A stretch of DNA of 64,000 bases from Ptychomitrium polyphyllum (Eukaryota), in NCBI GenBank assembly GCA_973851085.1, contig OZ316775.1, positions 13,764,001 through 13,828,000 of the forward strand, read 5' to 3'. The first letter of the stretch is position 1. Every line of letters starts with the position of its first letter. The translations under genes were made by a program, and so were the position numbers. Below are positions 38,801 to 52,600 of this stretch, piece after piece. The notes below the pieces were generated by a model. It did no database searches, had not been told where the DNA came from, and saw only the letters and a list, made by a program, of their open reading frames with translations.

Positions 38801-40284
38801 CTGATGTGGGCTGCGTACCTTGTAATCATGACGTTGGATTATAATGCAACCACTTCCACTTTGACAATGAAAAGGTACTCTGCAGCTGTATACTTGCTTT
38901 CAGCTGAACTTAGGAAATAATGCGAAAGTAATGACGTTGGATTCATCGTTCTCTGACTGTTTACCATACTGGCTGTAAATATGTTTGGCACCACATTCGT
39001 TGATTTGGCCGGTTGTGATTTTTCCACAAGTCGAGACGATGGGATTTGCCAATTTAACGCGTATGGCATGTTTGCGAATTCTCGCATTCAAGTATGCACT
39101 GTTTATTTCCTAAAATGAAGGTTTGGAAATGCTACAGATGTTTGCAGATAATGTGTTTTCTTTTATTTCATACTTTGGACGTTGGAATGGGATCTGAAAT
39201 GACCTCCTCCCGTCCGAATTTGTGGAGGGCCAGTATCATTCTAGTTATCAGTCGCAGTGCCAAATTGATTACAAGCCCCTCCAACCAACACGCAAACTAC
39301 AGTTGTTTACACTTACGATGGAAGGAACAATTTGACACTATGGAACGTCAACAGAGGATCTGCGAGGAATTCTCTCAAGAAATCATGTAGATGTAATTTA
39401 GGATAACACAAGTGCGGAAAGAAGTGAGATCCAATGGACAATTGTAACAGACTGATTGGAAGGAGAGGTCAAAAACATATCACAACGATTATGAATGTAA
39501 TTGAGCTTTCCATTAACTAGAACTCCCTCAGCTTGGCCTTTGGTGATTTTCCTATAAATAATAGTCCTTGGCAAGACATTCTACAAGCATTAAAGCATTT
39601 TTGGTTTTGACCAAGCAGGTGGAGGAACTTTGGGATTTAGGACAAACTAAGGGTCAATTTGGAAGAGCTTGGGGCTCCCTAACTATGTCCCAATATTGCA
39701 GAGGCTCTTCATTAGCTTATTTTAAGTTTTTGGTTCTTGGCTAGGGCTTGTGTTGTAGTGTATCAGTTGTTATATGCGACAATTTCAAGTGCAATTGAGT
39801 TATGACGGTCATTAATATGAAGTTTTTAATAATTGTGCACAACTTTAGAGATTAATTATTTGTTTGTCTCTTTATTGAAGTGGATAATTGTGTATGTGAA
39901 CATGAAAACAAATATTTTTTTAAGTCATGTGCAATTTTGATAGTTCTTGGTTAGTTTGAGGAAGTAATGGTTGGAGTTTCCAAGATTGGACAAACACTTT
40001 TACACATCAACTAATGACTTTATTGTATTTTCATATTTTATAAGGAAATGGTAATCAATACAATGTTGGAACTATTGAAGCTACTCTATGATTACGTTTT
40101 AGGCATTGTATATGGACTTTTTTTAATATGCACAATTCTTAGGAAGTATGTGGCATTTGAAGAAATTCATAGCTTTGCACTTTGTTTCAAGCAAAAGGCA
40201 CAAAATTCACAAAAATAAGTGAATGCCACCAAAACTGTTTTAGAAAACAACTAAGTTGGCCACAAATTCAATACAAGATCTTTG
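35887..40284. repeat. Right arm of large inverted duplication (~4.4 kb)
   Basis: Reverse complement of 29176-33573. Confidence 0.98.
38042..38530 (+). CDS. Secreted Val/Leu/Ala-rich protein of unknown function, copy 2 (identical to copy 1)
   Basis: Same 162-aa translation as 30930-31418; TATAAA at 37898-37903. Confidence 0.88.
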   Translation: MAASKSLILLCLMVACLCATASAGRVTPAETIPMKLALVVIDVAVEIRVSAVGFLPTDKVTLVLQNAVNEPVVLHLVGGVLELVKDVHIKVNVDTDPVALTLEALTVTKTFDVPLAALIGDLGPLGALVGTLVPIVLTVVKTVAGAIVKNAAGTVLGAIAAP

Positions 40285-43200
40285 AACTGATGCATTCGTA
40301 TTTTTTACTAAAAAACTTGTGGGATGTTATTAATATAAGTTGCATTTTTATTCGGTTAATTTGGCTTGTACCCAGTTTGGGTGGCCTTGTGCTTGTTCTG
40401 CATTAAGTTGTATGCTTGTAGAAGACATTATTGTGACATTGTTGAAAAGCTCTTATTTAGCTTAACTGGAATTATGTATGGTGTTGATTTTGGATCCTAC
40501 TTGCAAAGAATATCTTGTGGAATGAAGTTGGTGGATTTTAGCAAGCATATGCAATTGCACGTGCGTATGCATGTAACAGAAGAGGTAAGATTTATTCCGC
40601 ATTTGCCAAGATGTCTTTCTTTTGCAGCTCCTTGACCTAGCAAGTTTACATATGCTTTGCTTGGCAACATAGGTTTATAGATCTTTGCCTTCAAACTTTA
40701 TAAGAAGGCATGTTTATTGGAGTTTCTTTATTTAAAAGTATTTTTAAACACTATGACTTCAATTTCAATTTTTTTAAAGTGCATCGATTACGTAGACCTA
40801 AACAACATGAAAGTAATAGATCTTGCAATTGGCATTGCACATATTAAAACGACAATAGATCATATAGCACTCTTGCCAATTCAAAGGTAGGTAAGAAGGG
40901 TTCCAAAATCAAAGAAGGCCCTAATAAAGGTGCAAAAAATCTTCCACATGGATATTTATCATTTGCACTTAACGTTGCTATGAAATATTATCACATTTGC
41001 TTATAGCATATTTTGAGGCGTAATTTCTTCAACTATGGCAATTCAAGCATTATGCATTCTTAGGAAGATCTTGAACAAGACTTTAATCAATAATTGCAAG
41101 TATTTGAGCAATTCGAGTTCATATTTACGTATTTCATTTTCAATATGTGGATGACACAACACGTGGTAATCATTACAACAAATTTCATGCATATATTTTA
41201 ATGCATATACAAGAAACCAAGATATGGTGATTACACTCTTGATCAAGTGTTGTTTTTATGCAAACTCTAGGCGGTCCAATATGATGCCAAAAAACACTCT
41301 TCTAGTAGAAATAAGATAGTGCCATAGAACTAGAAGGCTTTGTAAATTGCCTTGGAGAACTACACGATGCTTGGAATAACCTAGATTCCTAAAATAGCTA
41401 AATTTATCTCTTTACCTAATTATAATATTTAGGATAAATTTCAAAAAGTATGTATCTTTGGAATGCTAGGCATTTCTTTATACATTAAACTTTTACGGAG
41501 AAGCTTCCAACTATGCATTGCATGAAAAAGAAATATGAGCAATGTTTGCTAGAAGCTATATTTTGTCTAATTGCACACCTTAGACTAACAAAATCTTGGG
41601 CCTTTTATCCTAAGATTATGGAGGCATATACATTGTGATGGTATAGAAATAACCTCAACGATTTTTGGCGCCTGAATAACAAAGCTTCAAAAGCCACAAG
41701 TTCAAATAGCATTAGGATCAACTCAAACTTAGCATTGTGGATTATGGTATGAATCCATTGAGCAAAGATCATTTATAAGAACATTGGACCTACAAATATC
41801 ATGCTCTACTTTCCTACAAAGATTAAAAAAAAAAAAGGTCTACATCAGAGTACGTGACTACGAATTAGCAAGCATGATGGTTGAAAATGAGCCTTCTTGC
41901 TATGGATATTAAACAAGGAAGGAGTTGGAGGACATGAAGAGGAAGCATCCATTTGCAACTCTTGAGTTGTTCTACATCTCTGATTTTCCAAATTTTGAAA
42001 ACCGCACTTAATTGGATATAATGAAAACATTCATTGTTCAAGCTTGCCGATTCATTCTTGTTTGACAAGATGGCAATACAAATTTGGAGAGGAGAAGAAG
42101 ACAATAAGCTCTTTGTTGGAATAGTGGGATGGAATGCATTCCACTCAAAGCTTAATGCGCTCACTTGCAAAGATGTTACAAAAATCTATAGTGTTTAGAG
42201 TTGTAGAAGAATTGACTGTCTTCTAATATAAATTTAGAAGGCCAGAAAGTTGTTTCAAAAATACAATTTAAAATGAGCTCTTTATTTATAGCCCTATAGG
42301 TTGTGAGACATAGTTTAGTTAGCATATGTACCAAAAGTAGAATATAAAATTGACCCTGTATACACCAATTTGGAATAAAATTGCAGATTCTTTATTAAAA
42401 TTTCTTTTTGTTCAAATTCAATGAATTGTAAGCAAATTGTTCTAATCCCAAAACATACTATGCCATTAGCATTATTAAATGAAACAAGCTTCTAATTCAA
42501 AAATCAAGTTGCATTTTCTATGATAGTGGCAGGTACACCTTAAGGGCAAGTCGAATCTGCTTGCATTCCTATCCTATCCATGCCCTCCAAGCGGGCGCCT
42601 TTCCTTCACTTGCTCTTGTACTTTGTCCGTGCCTCCACTCCGCTTGTGCCTTCCCTTGCTTACACCCCTTCTTTGTTCACATCCCCCCTTCTTTTCCTTG
42701 TGCCCTTTTCCTACACACGCCTCCCTTCTTCTACTTGCGTTTGGCCAAGAGTGCTTGCGTGGCAATTGAATGGTGTACTAAGTGGACAAGATACGTTCAA
42801 ATTCACATTACCAAAGGTCAAACATCTATTGAACCTTGTCGGATGGATATGAGGCTTATTGGACGTCTAAATGGATAGATTGACATGAGTGGATAGACAA
42901 ACCAATGGACAACCCTAATTAAGTGCCACGATTACCTATTTACCTTAATGTGTTCTTCAAAAATTCATTAAATTGTAGTTTGTTTCATAAATTTCAATCA
43001 ATTTAGTTTCATCTTTTATAATTTCCTTCATGCAATTTCTTCTACATATTTTTACTTATGCTTTTCATCCACATACTATCATTCATACAATCTCATTCAT
43101 ACAATTTCATCCACAGAATGCCAACCATAGAAGTTCATCGATGGAATGGCATCTCCGAAATGTAATCCACCTCAGAATGGTGAAGTATTTGATCAGTGCT

Positions 43201-44188
43201 TGAGGTGTCTGATGTGGTTGGGTTGTTTGAGACGTTGGTGTCTCATGGTGTCAGTATTCGAAACTTATTTTGGAGTTCTGGTCCGAGCTGGAGGTGAAGG
43301 TTTGTTGATTTCAGGAGTTGTTAGTGGACGAGCTTCCGTTGGTATAGATAGAAGTTTATTTGTGGAGGTAATGATTGACTGGATAGAATTCACTTGTGAA
43401 GAAATGGCATAGTAGCTCAATTAAATGCTCAGTGCCCCACTTGGTCACAAAGTATCTGCTACTGCAATGTGTATGTTGGAGTGGTAAGTAAATAGTTTCC
43501 TTGCTAGCCTGATGTATGATGCTTGTATTTGCATTTTTTGGTGGACGGAGCAACTAGGTTCTGCGCAGATAATTTTGATTTTAGATTTCGTCACTGCTGT
43601 GTAATTTGTGAACTGCATAAAGGTTGAACCAGAGTTGAAGTTTTGTAAGTTCGCTGAGAATTAGCTGAGTCTACAATTATGCATAATCCGGTTGCAAGTA
43701 AGTTGTTCATAGTCTAGATCTAAAGCCACATATTAATAATTCCCTAAAAGGAATCTTTAGTCCACCAATTATTCCTGGCAACCATCATCACATTGCCTCT
43801 CAAAGATTCTAGACAATTCACGAGTGTTGACCATATGGCTCAAAAATTATAATAGTCAATAACAAAAAATTACAAGGGCACAAAATATTGTTTTGACGTG
43901 GAAAGTAAGGAATATATTAGAGCATGTCAATGTAGTAAAGGTACAAAACTTACTACGTGCCCTATTTAACATTATAATACACAGTGTAATTTCATACTTC
44001 TACAACATTGTAATCATCCCTAATTCAGGAATGGGATCGCTCGGGTACCAAAATGATCATGAAGCTCCATGAAGGGTCTATTTCACATTGATTGAGAATG
44101 ATCGTCACAATCTTGCAGCAGACTTTCAATGTCGGATACATAGTTTGTGGCACTAGCGCGTCAGGTTAACCAAAATTTGCAAACAGAT

Positions 44189-46534
44189 TCAAGCGTCTTC
44201 GTCATCGTTCGTAGACGTTGCTGCGACGTCTACAAAACGGCCGTTGAGCTCCGTGTGGCTGCCACCGCTATTTTTCATGCTGCGCACTTTAACGAGAGCT
44301 CTGGCTATGGAGCGCTCGTCGGATTCATCCTCGATGGCGCCCTCCAGGTCGTGCTGGAACTCGCCCAGCATGTTGACCACCTGGAGGACATGGCCGGTGG
44401 TGAGGGGCTCGCCGGAGCTCTTGGCCCACGTCTGCGCGATTTGAATGGTGTTGCGAATCTCGCGCCCGTTGAGCTGGGTCTCCAGGAACGGCGCCAGGTC
44501 GGGGTGTTTGATGCCAGCGCGGGCGAAGAGGTTACTCCACACTGCCTCGCGCTGCGCGCCGGCGAGGCGGTGGTAGCGCAGGAACATGGAGATGCGGGAG
44601 CAGAAGGCGTCGTCGAAGGTGGCGACGCGGTTGGTCGTGAGAAACAGCACGCCGCGGTAGTACTCCAGCAGGCGCAGGAAGATGGCGGTCATGGCTGTGC
44701 GGCTTGGGTCGCCCTTCGACGTGCGCTTCTCCATGTAAATGTCGGCCTCGTCCAGCAGCAGCACCGCCCGCCATTGCGACGCGATATCCAGAATCTCGAC
44801 CAAATTTGTCTCCAACTCCTTCGCGTTCGTGCCCAGCTCGAATACGCTGATTGACCACAACGGTCGGTGCAATCTCTCCGCCATGGATTCCGCCGTGAGA
44901 GTTTTCCCCGTCCCTGGCGGGCCATAGCACAGGAAAATGCAGCCATCGCCCTTGTTAGAGATCGGGTCGAGCTTCTGTGCACCCTCATCCTCCTCTTCGC
45001 TAGCTGGGTCTCGTAGATGCTCCGACACCAACGAAAACAGCATCTGCTTCCGCGTTGGATCCGGGAGCACAAGGTCGCGGTCAAACGCTTCGTCGTCGAA
45101 CTGAATCTCCGAGAATCCATTCACATCAAACCCACCCCACTGCTTGTTGGAAAACGAGAACCCATACACAACCGCGGGCGCCAGCATGAGATCCTTGTCG
45201 CCCGGAATCTCCGTATCCCCACACGAGTGGCACTGAGGACTGCAGGTCGTCGGAGGCTCCGCATTTTCCAGTGGATAATCTGGGTTCATCCTCGCGAAGC
45301 TCAGCAGATCCACCATCACGCGCCCATCCGCCTTCTGCTTCTTTAACTGCCAGCAAGTCCCATTCTGTACCATCCGCAGCCGCGGCCCCTGGTACTCCAT
45401 GTAGCAGCTGCCGCGGCTGACGATGTCGTAAAATTTTCTGCCGTTGCGGAGGAACATGGCCTGCATTTGCGCCACCTCCGTATCGTCCAGGAGGCTAATC
45501 GGACACGTCCCGATCGCCCCGAAGCTCTTCTCGTTCCGGAACTCGTCGATGGTGACCGACACAGGGCATTTCACATACTTGACGCCATTCCAGTCGCAGC
45601 ATTTGAGCACGACACGCAGATACTTCCCTTGCATGCTCGAGTGGTAGTAGCAATACTTCACAATCCCCTGCAGCGTCTCCTCTGTGAGAGAGCATTTATA
45701 GTACACCTCCTCGCCCTTGTGCAAAAACGCCCACAGCAAACCCCACGTGACCTTCCGCTCTCGCCTCGCTCTCTCGAAGTGCACGATTGTGTCCTTGTAC
45801 TCTTTCTCCAGGAACCGCACCAAGTGTTTCAAGTGGTGTCTCCCGAGTGCTGTGTCGTCCTCCGGCATGGATTGGTACGTCTCCTTGAAGGCGTTCAGTG
45901 CGATGAACATCTCCCTTCCGTTGATCAGCGGCTCTTCGATGAGCAGGTGTTCGGATTGTTTGGGCAAGCATTTCTTCGCCACCTGAATGAGGCTCTTTGA
46001 GCGCAGCTTGATGGTCACTTCGTCTGGCCAGCCCTTCATCTGCTCGTAGGCGACCTCGAAGGGTGCGGAATTGTGCTGGCCCTTCTTCTGCTTCGCTCGC
46101 AGCCTGCGCTCCATCCTGTATGTGGCCTCCGACCACCATGTATCGTAGATGGGCCACTCCCAGTCATCGTCCATCACCTTCTTCACGTCCTTGGGCTTCG
46201 TCTTCGAAGTCTTGCTCTTCTTCTTAGGCTTCTTCTCCTTCGCTGCTTCTTCGCTTCCGGATTCCTCTTCGTCCGCGGAGCTGTCTAAATCTTCATCGTC
46301 GCTCTTATCCTCCTCCTTTTCCTTCTTCGGATTGGAAGTGGCGCCCTCTTCCTTGGTCGCGCTTGGAGCAGGTACAGTACTTGGCACAGGTACTGCTACA
46401 CCCGCCTTCTTCAACTTCCCAGAGAGCTCCCCGATCTTGTAAGCCCCTAGCGCTACAAACATTCCTACGGCCACAGCTGCCAAAACCGCAACAGAAATCG
46501 TGATGACCCATATCTCAGGTAATCCAGCATTCAT
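44189..46534 (-). CDS. Membrane-anchored AAA+ ATPase, fungal-type family, intronless (781 aa from ATG 46534)
   Basis: N-terminal TM helix (IWVITISVAVLAAVAVGMFVALG), charged linker, GRVMVD, Walker A GPPGTGKT, Walker B LLLDEAD, FLRLLEYYRGVLFLTTNR, FDDAFCSRI, lid LNGREIRN. The ORF-track start at 46579 is TTG. TATAAA at 46758-46753. Confidence 0.93.
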   Translation of the reverse strand: MNAGLPEIWVITISVAVLAAVAVGMFVALGAYKIGELSGKLKKAGVAVPVPSTVPAPSATKEEGATSNPKKEKEEDKSDDEDLDSSADEEESGSEEAAKEKKPKKKSKTSKTKPKDVKKVMDDDWEWPIYDTWWSEATYRMERRLRAKQKKGQHNSAPFEVAYEQMKGWPDEVTIKLRSKSLIQVAKKCLPKQSEHLLIEEPLINGREMFIALNAFKETYQSMPEDDTALGRHHLKHLVRFLEKEYKDTIVHFERARRERKVTWGLLWAFLHKGEEVYYKCSLTEETLQGIVKYCYYHSSMQGKYLRVVLKCCDWNGVKYVKCPVSVTIDEFRNEKSFGAIGTCPISLLDDTEVAQMQAMFLRNGRKFYDIVSRGSCYMEYQGPRLRMVQNGTCWQLKKQKADGRVMVDLLSFARMNPDYPLENAEPPTTCSPQCHSCGDTEIPGDKDLMLAPAVVYGFSFSNKQWGGFDVNGFSEIQFDDEAFDRDLVLPDPTRKQMLFSLVSEHLRDPASEEEDEGAQKLDPISNKGDGCIFLCYGPPGTGKTLTAESMAERLHRPLWSISVFELGTNAKELETNLVEILDIASQWRAVLLLDEADIYMEKRTSKGDPSRTAMTAIFLRLLEYYRGVLFLTTNRVATFDDAFCSRISMFLRYHRLAGAQREAVWSNLFARAGIKHPDLAPFLETQLNGREIRNTIQIAQTWAKSSGEPLTTGHVLQVVNMLGEFQHDLEGAIEDESDERSIARALVKVRSMKNSGGSHTELNGRFVDVAATSTNDDEDA

Positions 46535-49500
46535 AACTGACCTCGAATGAGAACGCGACCAAGTTCTCAAAAGTATCAAAGCTCACGAGCCCCTAGTTAC
46601 AGGGGTTCCGATTTCCAGAGCTCACACACTCTAAGCTGAAACGGAGACCACGAACTGGCTCAGTAGCTAAACTGCTCCGATCGTCACCCGATCGTCTCTA
46701 ACAGTCCAAGGGTCCTGCGATGATCCTTGGGAGAAGTGACCTTTCCAGTGGATTTATACAGCGAGCAAGTGAGGGTTAATCGAGCTACAAGGAACTTGTC
46801 TACTATTTGTACATTATTCTAATTTCGTCTTCCTCAATTGTCAAGGCCAACTGGAAAGATACTGTGCTCCGTAATTGTGATCTTGCAACGAAGCACACTG
46901 GAAACCGACAACGACAATGTGGCAATGTTACCAACGATTACTGCACAAATTATTCACTGGACGAATGAATTTATGTCTCAAAATGATAGCCTTGCATTTC
47001 CATTAACTGTAGTGTTCAATGTTTCGGTCAATGTGTTTCCACTGAATGGAAGCAGTAAAAAGCGGCGCCCTTAGTGCAGTGTAGAACTTCAAATACATGG
47101 GACTTCTTCTCTAATTAGGTTTCAGTAAGGTGTTGTCGTACTGTAACTCTTGCAATGGAGTTACATTACATTTATTTCAAAGGAAAAAAACAACGAACAC
47201 ATGGGACTTGTTTCCTGTAATCTCAGGAAACCGCACTTCGATGCACCTAGAATGAATTTCATCCTCTGATGGTGCTGGTTTTGGGTTACCGCACAGTACG
47301 GGAGCGAAGATATCTTAATTTTTCCCCAACAGCTTTCCATTCCCTTGCCGCTAATTCCGGTACTCGATACTCGGTTCTGTGGATTTTAAATTCCAGACAA
47401 CGTTAGACATCTCAACCGTTCAGCGTTTCATCCTTATCGTCGTCACATCGCGGACCAGGTCATTAAATAAGTTCTGTTCCCTGTACATGGGTTTACAAGT
47501 CCCTCCTAGAATCTCGACTGTGAAATTTCTGAATCTCGGCACGTACTTGGAAAGCGCACTTCCAGAATCAATGCCTACTCCGGAAAGTGCAGTAACTCAA
47601 AAATAAAAGCTAATTCTTTACTAATATTTATATGGTAAGGACGTCACGTGCATCAAGAGAAGTACAGCCACCGTCCCGCATTAGGGAAACTCATGGACCA
47701 GGGAAACTCAGAACCGACATAACTAGTGAATCACATCACACGAGCTTCCGCTAACAGTAGAGATGACGGAGACGGTTGGTCCGCCAGGAGTACCTTCATA
47801 AGTATTTCCACTTCGGGTTCTGGATTTAGCATAGGACCTCAAAAGTGTTCATCCGGCACCCCTGGTCTGCTACTCTGTGTATGAGCCCGACTTTCCTTTC
47901 TGCTATCTTTCGCTTAATGCTTGAATACTCCAAAGCTGATGACACCTAGCTAAGCAGCAAAAAATAGTTTCACCTAAAACCCCTACTGTGCTCATTCATC
48001 TGATCACCAGCTCTGGCTGCAGCTGAAGTCGAAGTTCAGCGAAGACACCAAGGGTACTAGGGCACAGCCAAGCTGCATTGAATCGCCTAACAATCAACCC
48101 CGCACTCAACGATGGAGTCCAGTGATATCCTCAGCTACTCTACATCCGACGTGATCAAATCACACAACATTGCATTAGTGACGCAGGTACTGCGACAGTG
48201 CAGCAGCAGAGTTCAGCGCAAGATCAGATCCCACAACCGGACTACTTTCAGCGCGATTTCGACTGGATATGATCAACCTTCAAGATATCCGTACATAAGA
48301 ACCACTAAATCATCGCCTTACATCACAATCGACGGTCCTGCCATGAAGTATTGGAATCACTCATGCCGCGTGGAAAAACACAACCTGGCCAAGGATGGGC
48401 AGAGAAACATCTCTGGCAACGTGATAGATCATTGAAAACCAAACCCTGATGACAGAAAATGTTCAGAGAAGTAAAAATAAACTAGAAACCATCCATGAAT
48501 TGCACAAAATCAACATCCAGACATGAAAGAACAGACAATTATTCACAAGCGCTGACATATACCATACAAAAACTCATGCTTCCAAAAGAAAACCAGCACC
48601 CGTACTCATCACATGGTTCGAAAGATGCTAAATTTGACAACATTTACAAGGGTGTGAATGACCACACCACGGCAGAGCCAGTATCAAAAGATTCCGCTCC
48701 GGAGGACTCCGAAGGAAACTCCGTTTCTCAAGCTCCGGAGATTTCCGGTGACTCAGCACGCTTCCCCAGAGCCCAGATCAATTCCTCGCGTCGGACACTC
48801 TTCCCACACTCCTCAGGCTGCCGGTGTCCACCTCTGGCGGAAGCTGAAAGATAGGAAACCTGTCTCCGCTCTCGTGCCCTACACTGTCTCTTGATAAAAG
48901 CCAAGGAATGCTCCTCCATATAACCCCTACCGGACCAAAGAGATTCCATTCCTTGTCGACCGAACCTTCCCCTGCACAAAGTACACGGATCGTATTCAGA
49001 CAACAGAATATGGTGCACCGCCCCCGATACCACACCCGCGAATCGCCAACCATTCCCACTCCAACCAAGGCGGACCCGCCATTCTGCGCACGGATCCCCG
49101 TGACCGCACCCTCGCCATATACCAAGACTCTCATCGGCATGCACCCAGGCACCCCAGGGGCTCATACTGGAATCGCAAGGAACCACGCACTGTCCGGTCA
49201 TGGGAACACGCGTGCTCCTCTGCGTGCTTTCACCCTTCCGGGCTTTGCTCCAAGCGACCCCAAGGCGCGACGGCCTGATGGGATTCAGCTCTTCCAAAAC
49301 ATTCACCTCCTGGCTAAGCATGTCTTCGGAGCCCACAAACCATACTACCAGAAAAGTGTCCGGTGTCCTCGGGGGGAAGCCCTGCCCGCCGACGACCACA
49401 CCTACCTTGCCCAAACACGACGGGTCAACCGGACAGATACACAAACCACCGACGACAAAGGTCTACTCCGTCGCCCTCGAGTCTGTGACCAAATACATAG

Positions 49501-49669
49501 CTCATACGAAGCTGCCAAAATCCCAAAGGGCCCCGTACACCATGTTCTGGAATACACCCTCTCGTGATCCAAGGAGTGACCAGACCGACGAACCCAAACC
49601 CCACGAGCCTCAGCGGATCCACCGGGAACTCAGGTGACCAAGAGGAACGGAAGCACCGACTACCTTTTG

Positions 49670-52600
49670 TTACAATGGAAATAGCATCAGGTTCTCGGGA
49701 ATCGTTTGAGGAACAAATACGGCAGCTACAAATCGTTCCGGATGAGCATTCTCGGGGCTGTATGCCACAGGCGCTTCGCCGTGTGGTTCCAGTTTGCCGC
49801 GGGGGCTCTCACTTGAATTGCCCAATCCGCCTAAAAACTCCGACCCGTGAACCCTCGCCATCCGATTCAACACGACCATCTTGTCCAGGTCGTGCAGCTC
49901 CCTTGACAGCTTCGATGCCGTGGGTGCGCTTTCCAACCTGCCCCTCCCCACCAAATCGTCAGTCACCGGGATCATGGCAGACAACACGCTCCCAAGCGAC
50001 GGCGCACATCGACCTCCCATCCGCTAGGTGGATATCCTTTCACCACGTCCACCCGTTGCACCGTGCACCGCCCGGCGCCCTATTCCTCGACGCTCTGGCG
50101 TGTAACAAGCACTCACAAACCTGGACACGTTACCCACTTCCCCCGCGGTACCACGAGGACACACGTATTCCTCACACCGCTGCGCTTCCTTACAACCTAT
50201 CCCCAGGTACATTGAACGAAGAAGGCCATACAAAATCAGGAACCCTGGACACCAAGTTCACGCACAGCCCACAACGTGCTAGTCAAGGAAAGGCGCACAC
50301 GCTACGCACCTTGACAACTCATCCTGCAATTCCGTCATCTTCTGTTGCAACTGTGTCCTGAGCTTGCTGGAGAGCGTAAGTGGGCTGCCTTGCTTCACCG
50401 CTGCCACTTGCTGGTCACTTCTTACACTGCACAAACCGAGAAAGCCTCAATACCTGCACTTCCCAACAACTCTGCATCGTCGCCGGATGGCGCCTGAACG
50501 TGGCCGTCACAGACTCGCTGGAACACTACCTCACGGCAACTGCTCGGTTGCCGGCACTCACTATGACCAACACTCGCCTGACGACGACTCCTAGCCAACC
50601 AAAGTTCGACCTCCTCGAAAGGACACGCACAGGAAACAGTAAGACCTCGCATCAGATTCCACATTCAGAGCGACCGGGAAACTGGGAAACCATACGTCGT
50701 ATCGTCTCCGTTGCTCATTTCCGCACCGTCTTCCACGGCGACAGCACCGGAGGCCCCCCTGCTCAAGCCGGTGGACAACCAACACGCTTCGCTCACGGCG
50801 AACTTCGCGAGCACAAAAGTGGCGGACTTGTAGTCGTCCAAGCCGGTTCCCTTGAACAGCTGGCACGGGAGGGCGGGTACAAGCTGCTGCATCAGTTGCG
50901 TCGTGAACTTCAACCGCCTCTTCGCTCGCTTCACACACATGGCCGTAACATCCAGCGACTCCACGGCATCGTTGAACCGTTCCTGTGGGACAAACACACG
51001 CTGCTCAGAGATGCTACACGGTTTATTCCCCTAGTGTGAAGGACCCGGGCGTTCCTGCACGGCCTTCTGCAGCGTGGAAATGACTACACTGCCAAACTTC
51101 AACCGGTCCATGCTTCTCTACCCTGCCCTCTGTCCGATGTCCAATTCCACACCGTTCTGACAGACCGTAGGACCCCACAGAACGAAACACTGCGACACCC
51201 GATCGAAACTCCACCACGTCCACAGTACCACACCTGACTCCGATGGCCACACTACGAACGGTACCCGCTCTACGATCCACACCACCACGACTGACGGGGT
51301 CGACGGTTTGCAGTTCGACCTCCCGGAGTGGGGAACAACTCGTGCAAACCGTGATGCCATCTCACCATGCGTGACGTCACCGTTCGCGAGACCCAGGCAA
51401 TGCCATGCACATGAAAACCATACAAATCTCCCAAGCAGCACGTCGCCGCATTCTCCCGTCATCCGACAGCTCCCTGTGGACGCCTCTAGGACCCGGAACT
51501 CACGGCACACTGTGCACACCCTATGCACTCTGACTTCCCAGATTGCTTTCTCCTTCATCCCGAGGTGCCACTACCTCTCCACAACACTGAACATGAAACG
51601 TGCGACTCCCAACGCCCACCCATCACGACTGTCCAGCCGCTGGAGCTGGAACTAGCAAAGCGAACGACAGGATGCCCATCGACCTTCTCACGCCTACAAC
51701 CTGCGCACGCCGCACCATCATCCGAAACTCGCTGCTCCTTCCAGCAGATCATCCGGACACGACGTTCACTCGATCGTCCAACACTAGTACCGTTCCTCAA
51801 AGAAAAACTTCTCATCCCAACACCCGCGCCCATCCATACCTGGTCTTGGTTGGAGTTGGTTGCGCCAGCCCACTCCGTCTCCGCACGGCTGCACAACAAC
51901 CACCCAACGAAACATGGTCGGTTACTAAAACCATACTGCCATGGTCCACTTAAACACCGAAACGGCCAGCTGCTCAGGGGCCCACTCGGCACGTACAACA
52001 AGTCATCTCCGACACGTACAACGGGCTTTCTATGTCTCACCCGTTCGGTCATATCTGACATTCTACATCTATATCCCGTTCGGTTACATACAGCAAGTTC
52101 TGCATATCCCTCCCCATCCGTCATCCCGACAACACCTAGCGAAATACACTCATGCGAAACTCTCGACTTGCCCTTCCGCGACTCCCACGTACACCCCTTC
52201 GCAGCTGAAACCGTGCACACGTCCTCAAGGCAACCCCAATGCTCAACGTTGCGGACTGCCACTCACAACAGCGCGAGTGAACGACTCCCAAATACCACCG
52301 ACGCGCTGTTGCACGCTGCTCACAATGCCCGACGAACATCACCACACAGGAACGGTCGCATCTCACCACCATGCCAAGTTGGCAATCGGAGCCCAACCCC
52401 TCCGCAAAGGAAAAGAACAGCCTCAAAACAGACGCCACCAACCTTGTTGTCGGAAGATTCGTAGACCCCTGCGAGATCGTGGTGCGCCACGGCACCAGTG
52501 GCGGAAACTCCTTCCTCTTCTTCACTATCGGTGCGGCGGGACCAGGTTGCTGCGATTGCTGCAGCGCCCCCGCCTGGGCTTCGGGTGATTCCGCTTCGCC

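Noticed and set aside
29176..40284. Arms as TIRs of a transposon, or as a hairpin-RNA locus
   Set aside because: No TSD or transposase seen; the genes transcribe outward, so their mRNAs would not span both arms. Small-RNA data would be needed to reopen this.
44189..46534. Fungal contamination as source of the AAA ATPase
   Set aside because: Contiguous with plant genes and host-type AT-rich repeats with no gap nearby; read-level confirmation is still advisable.
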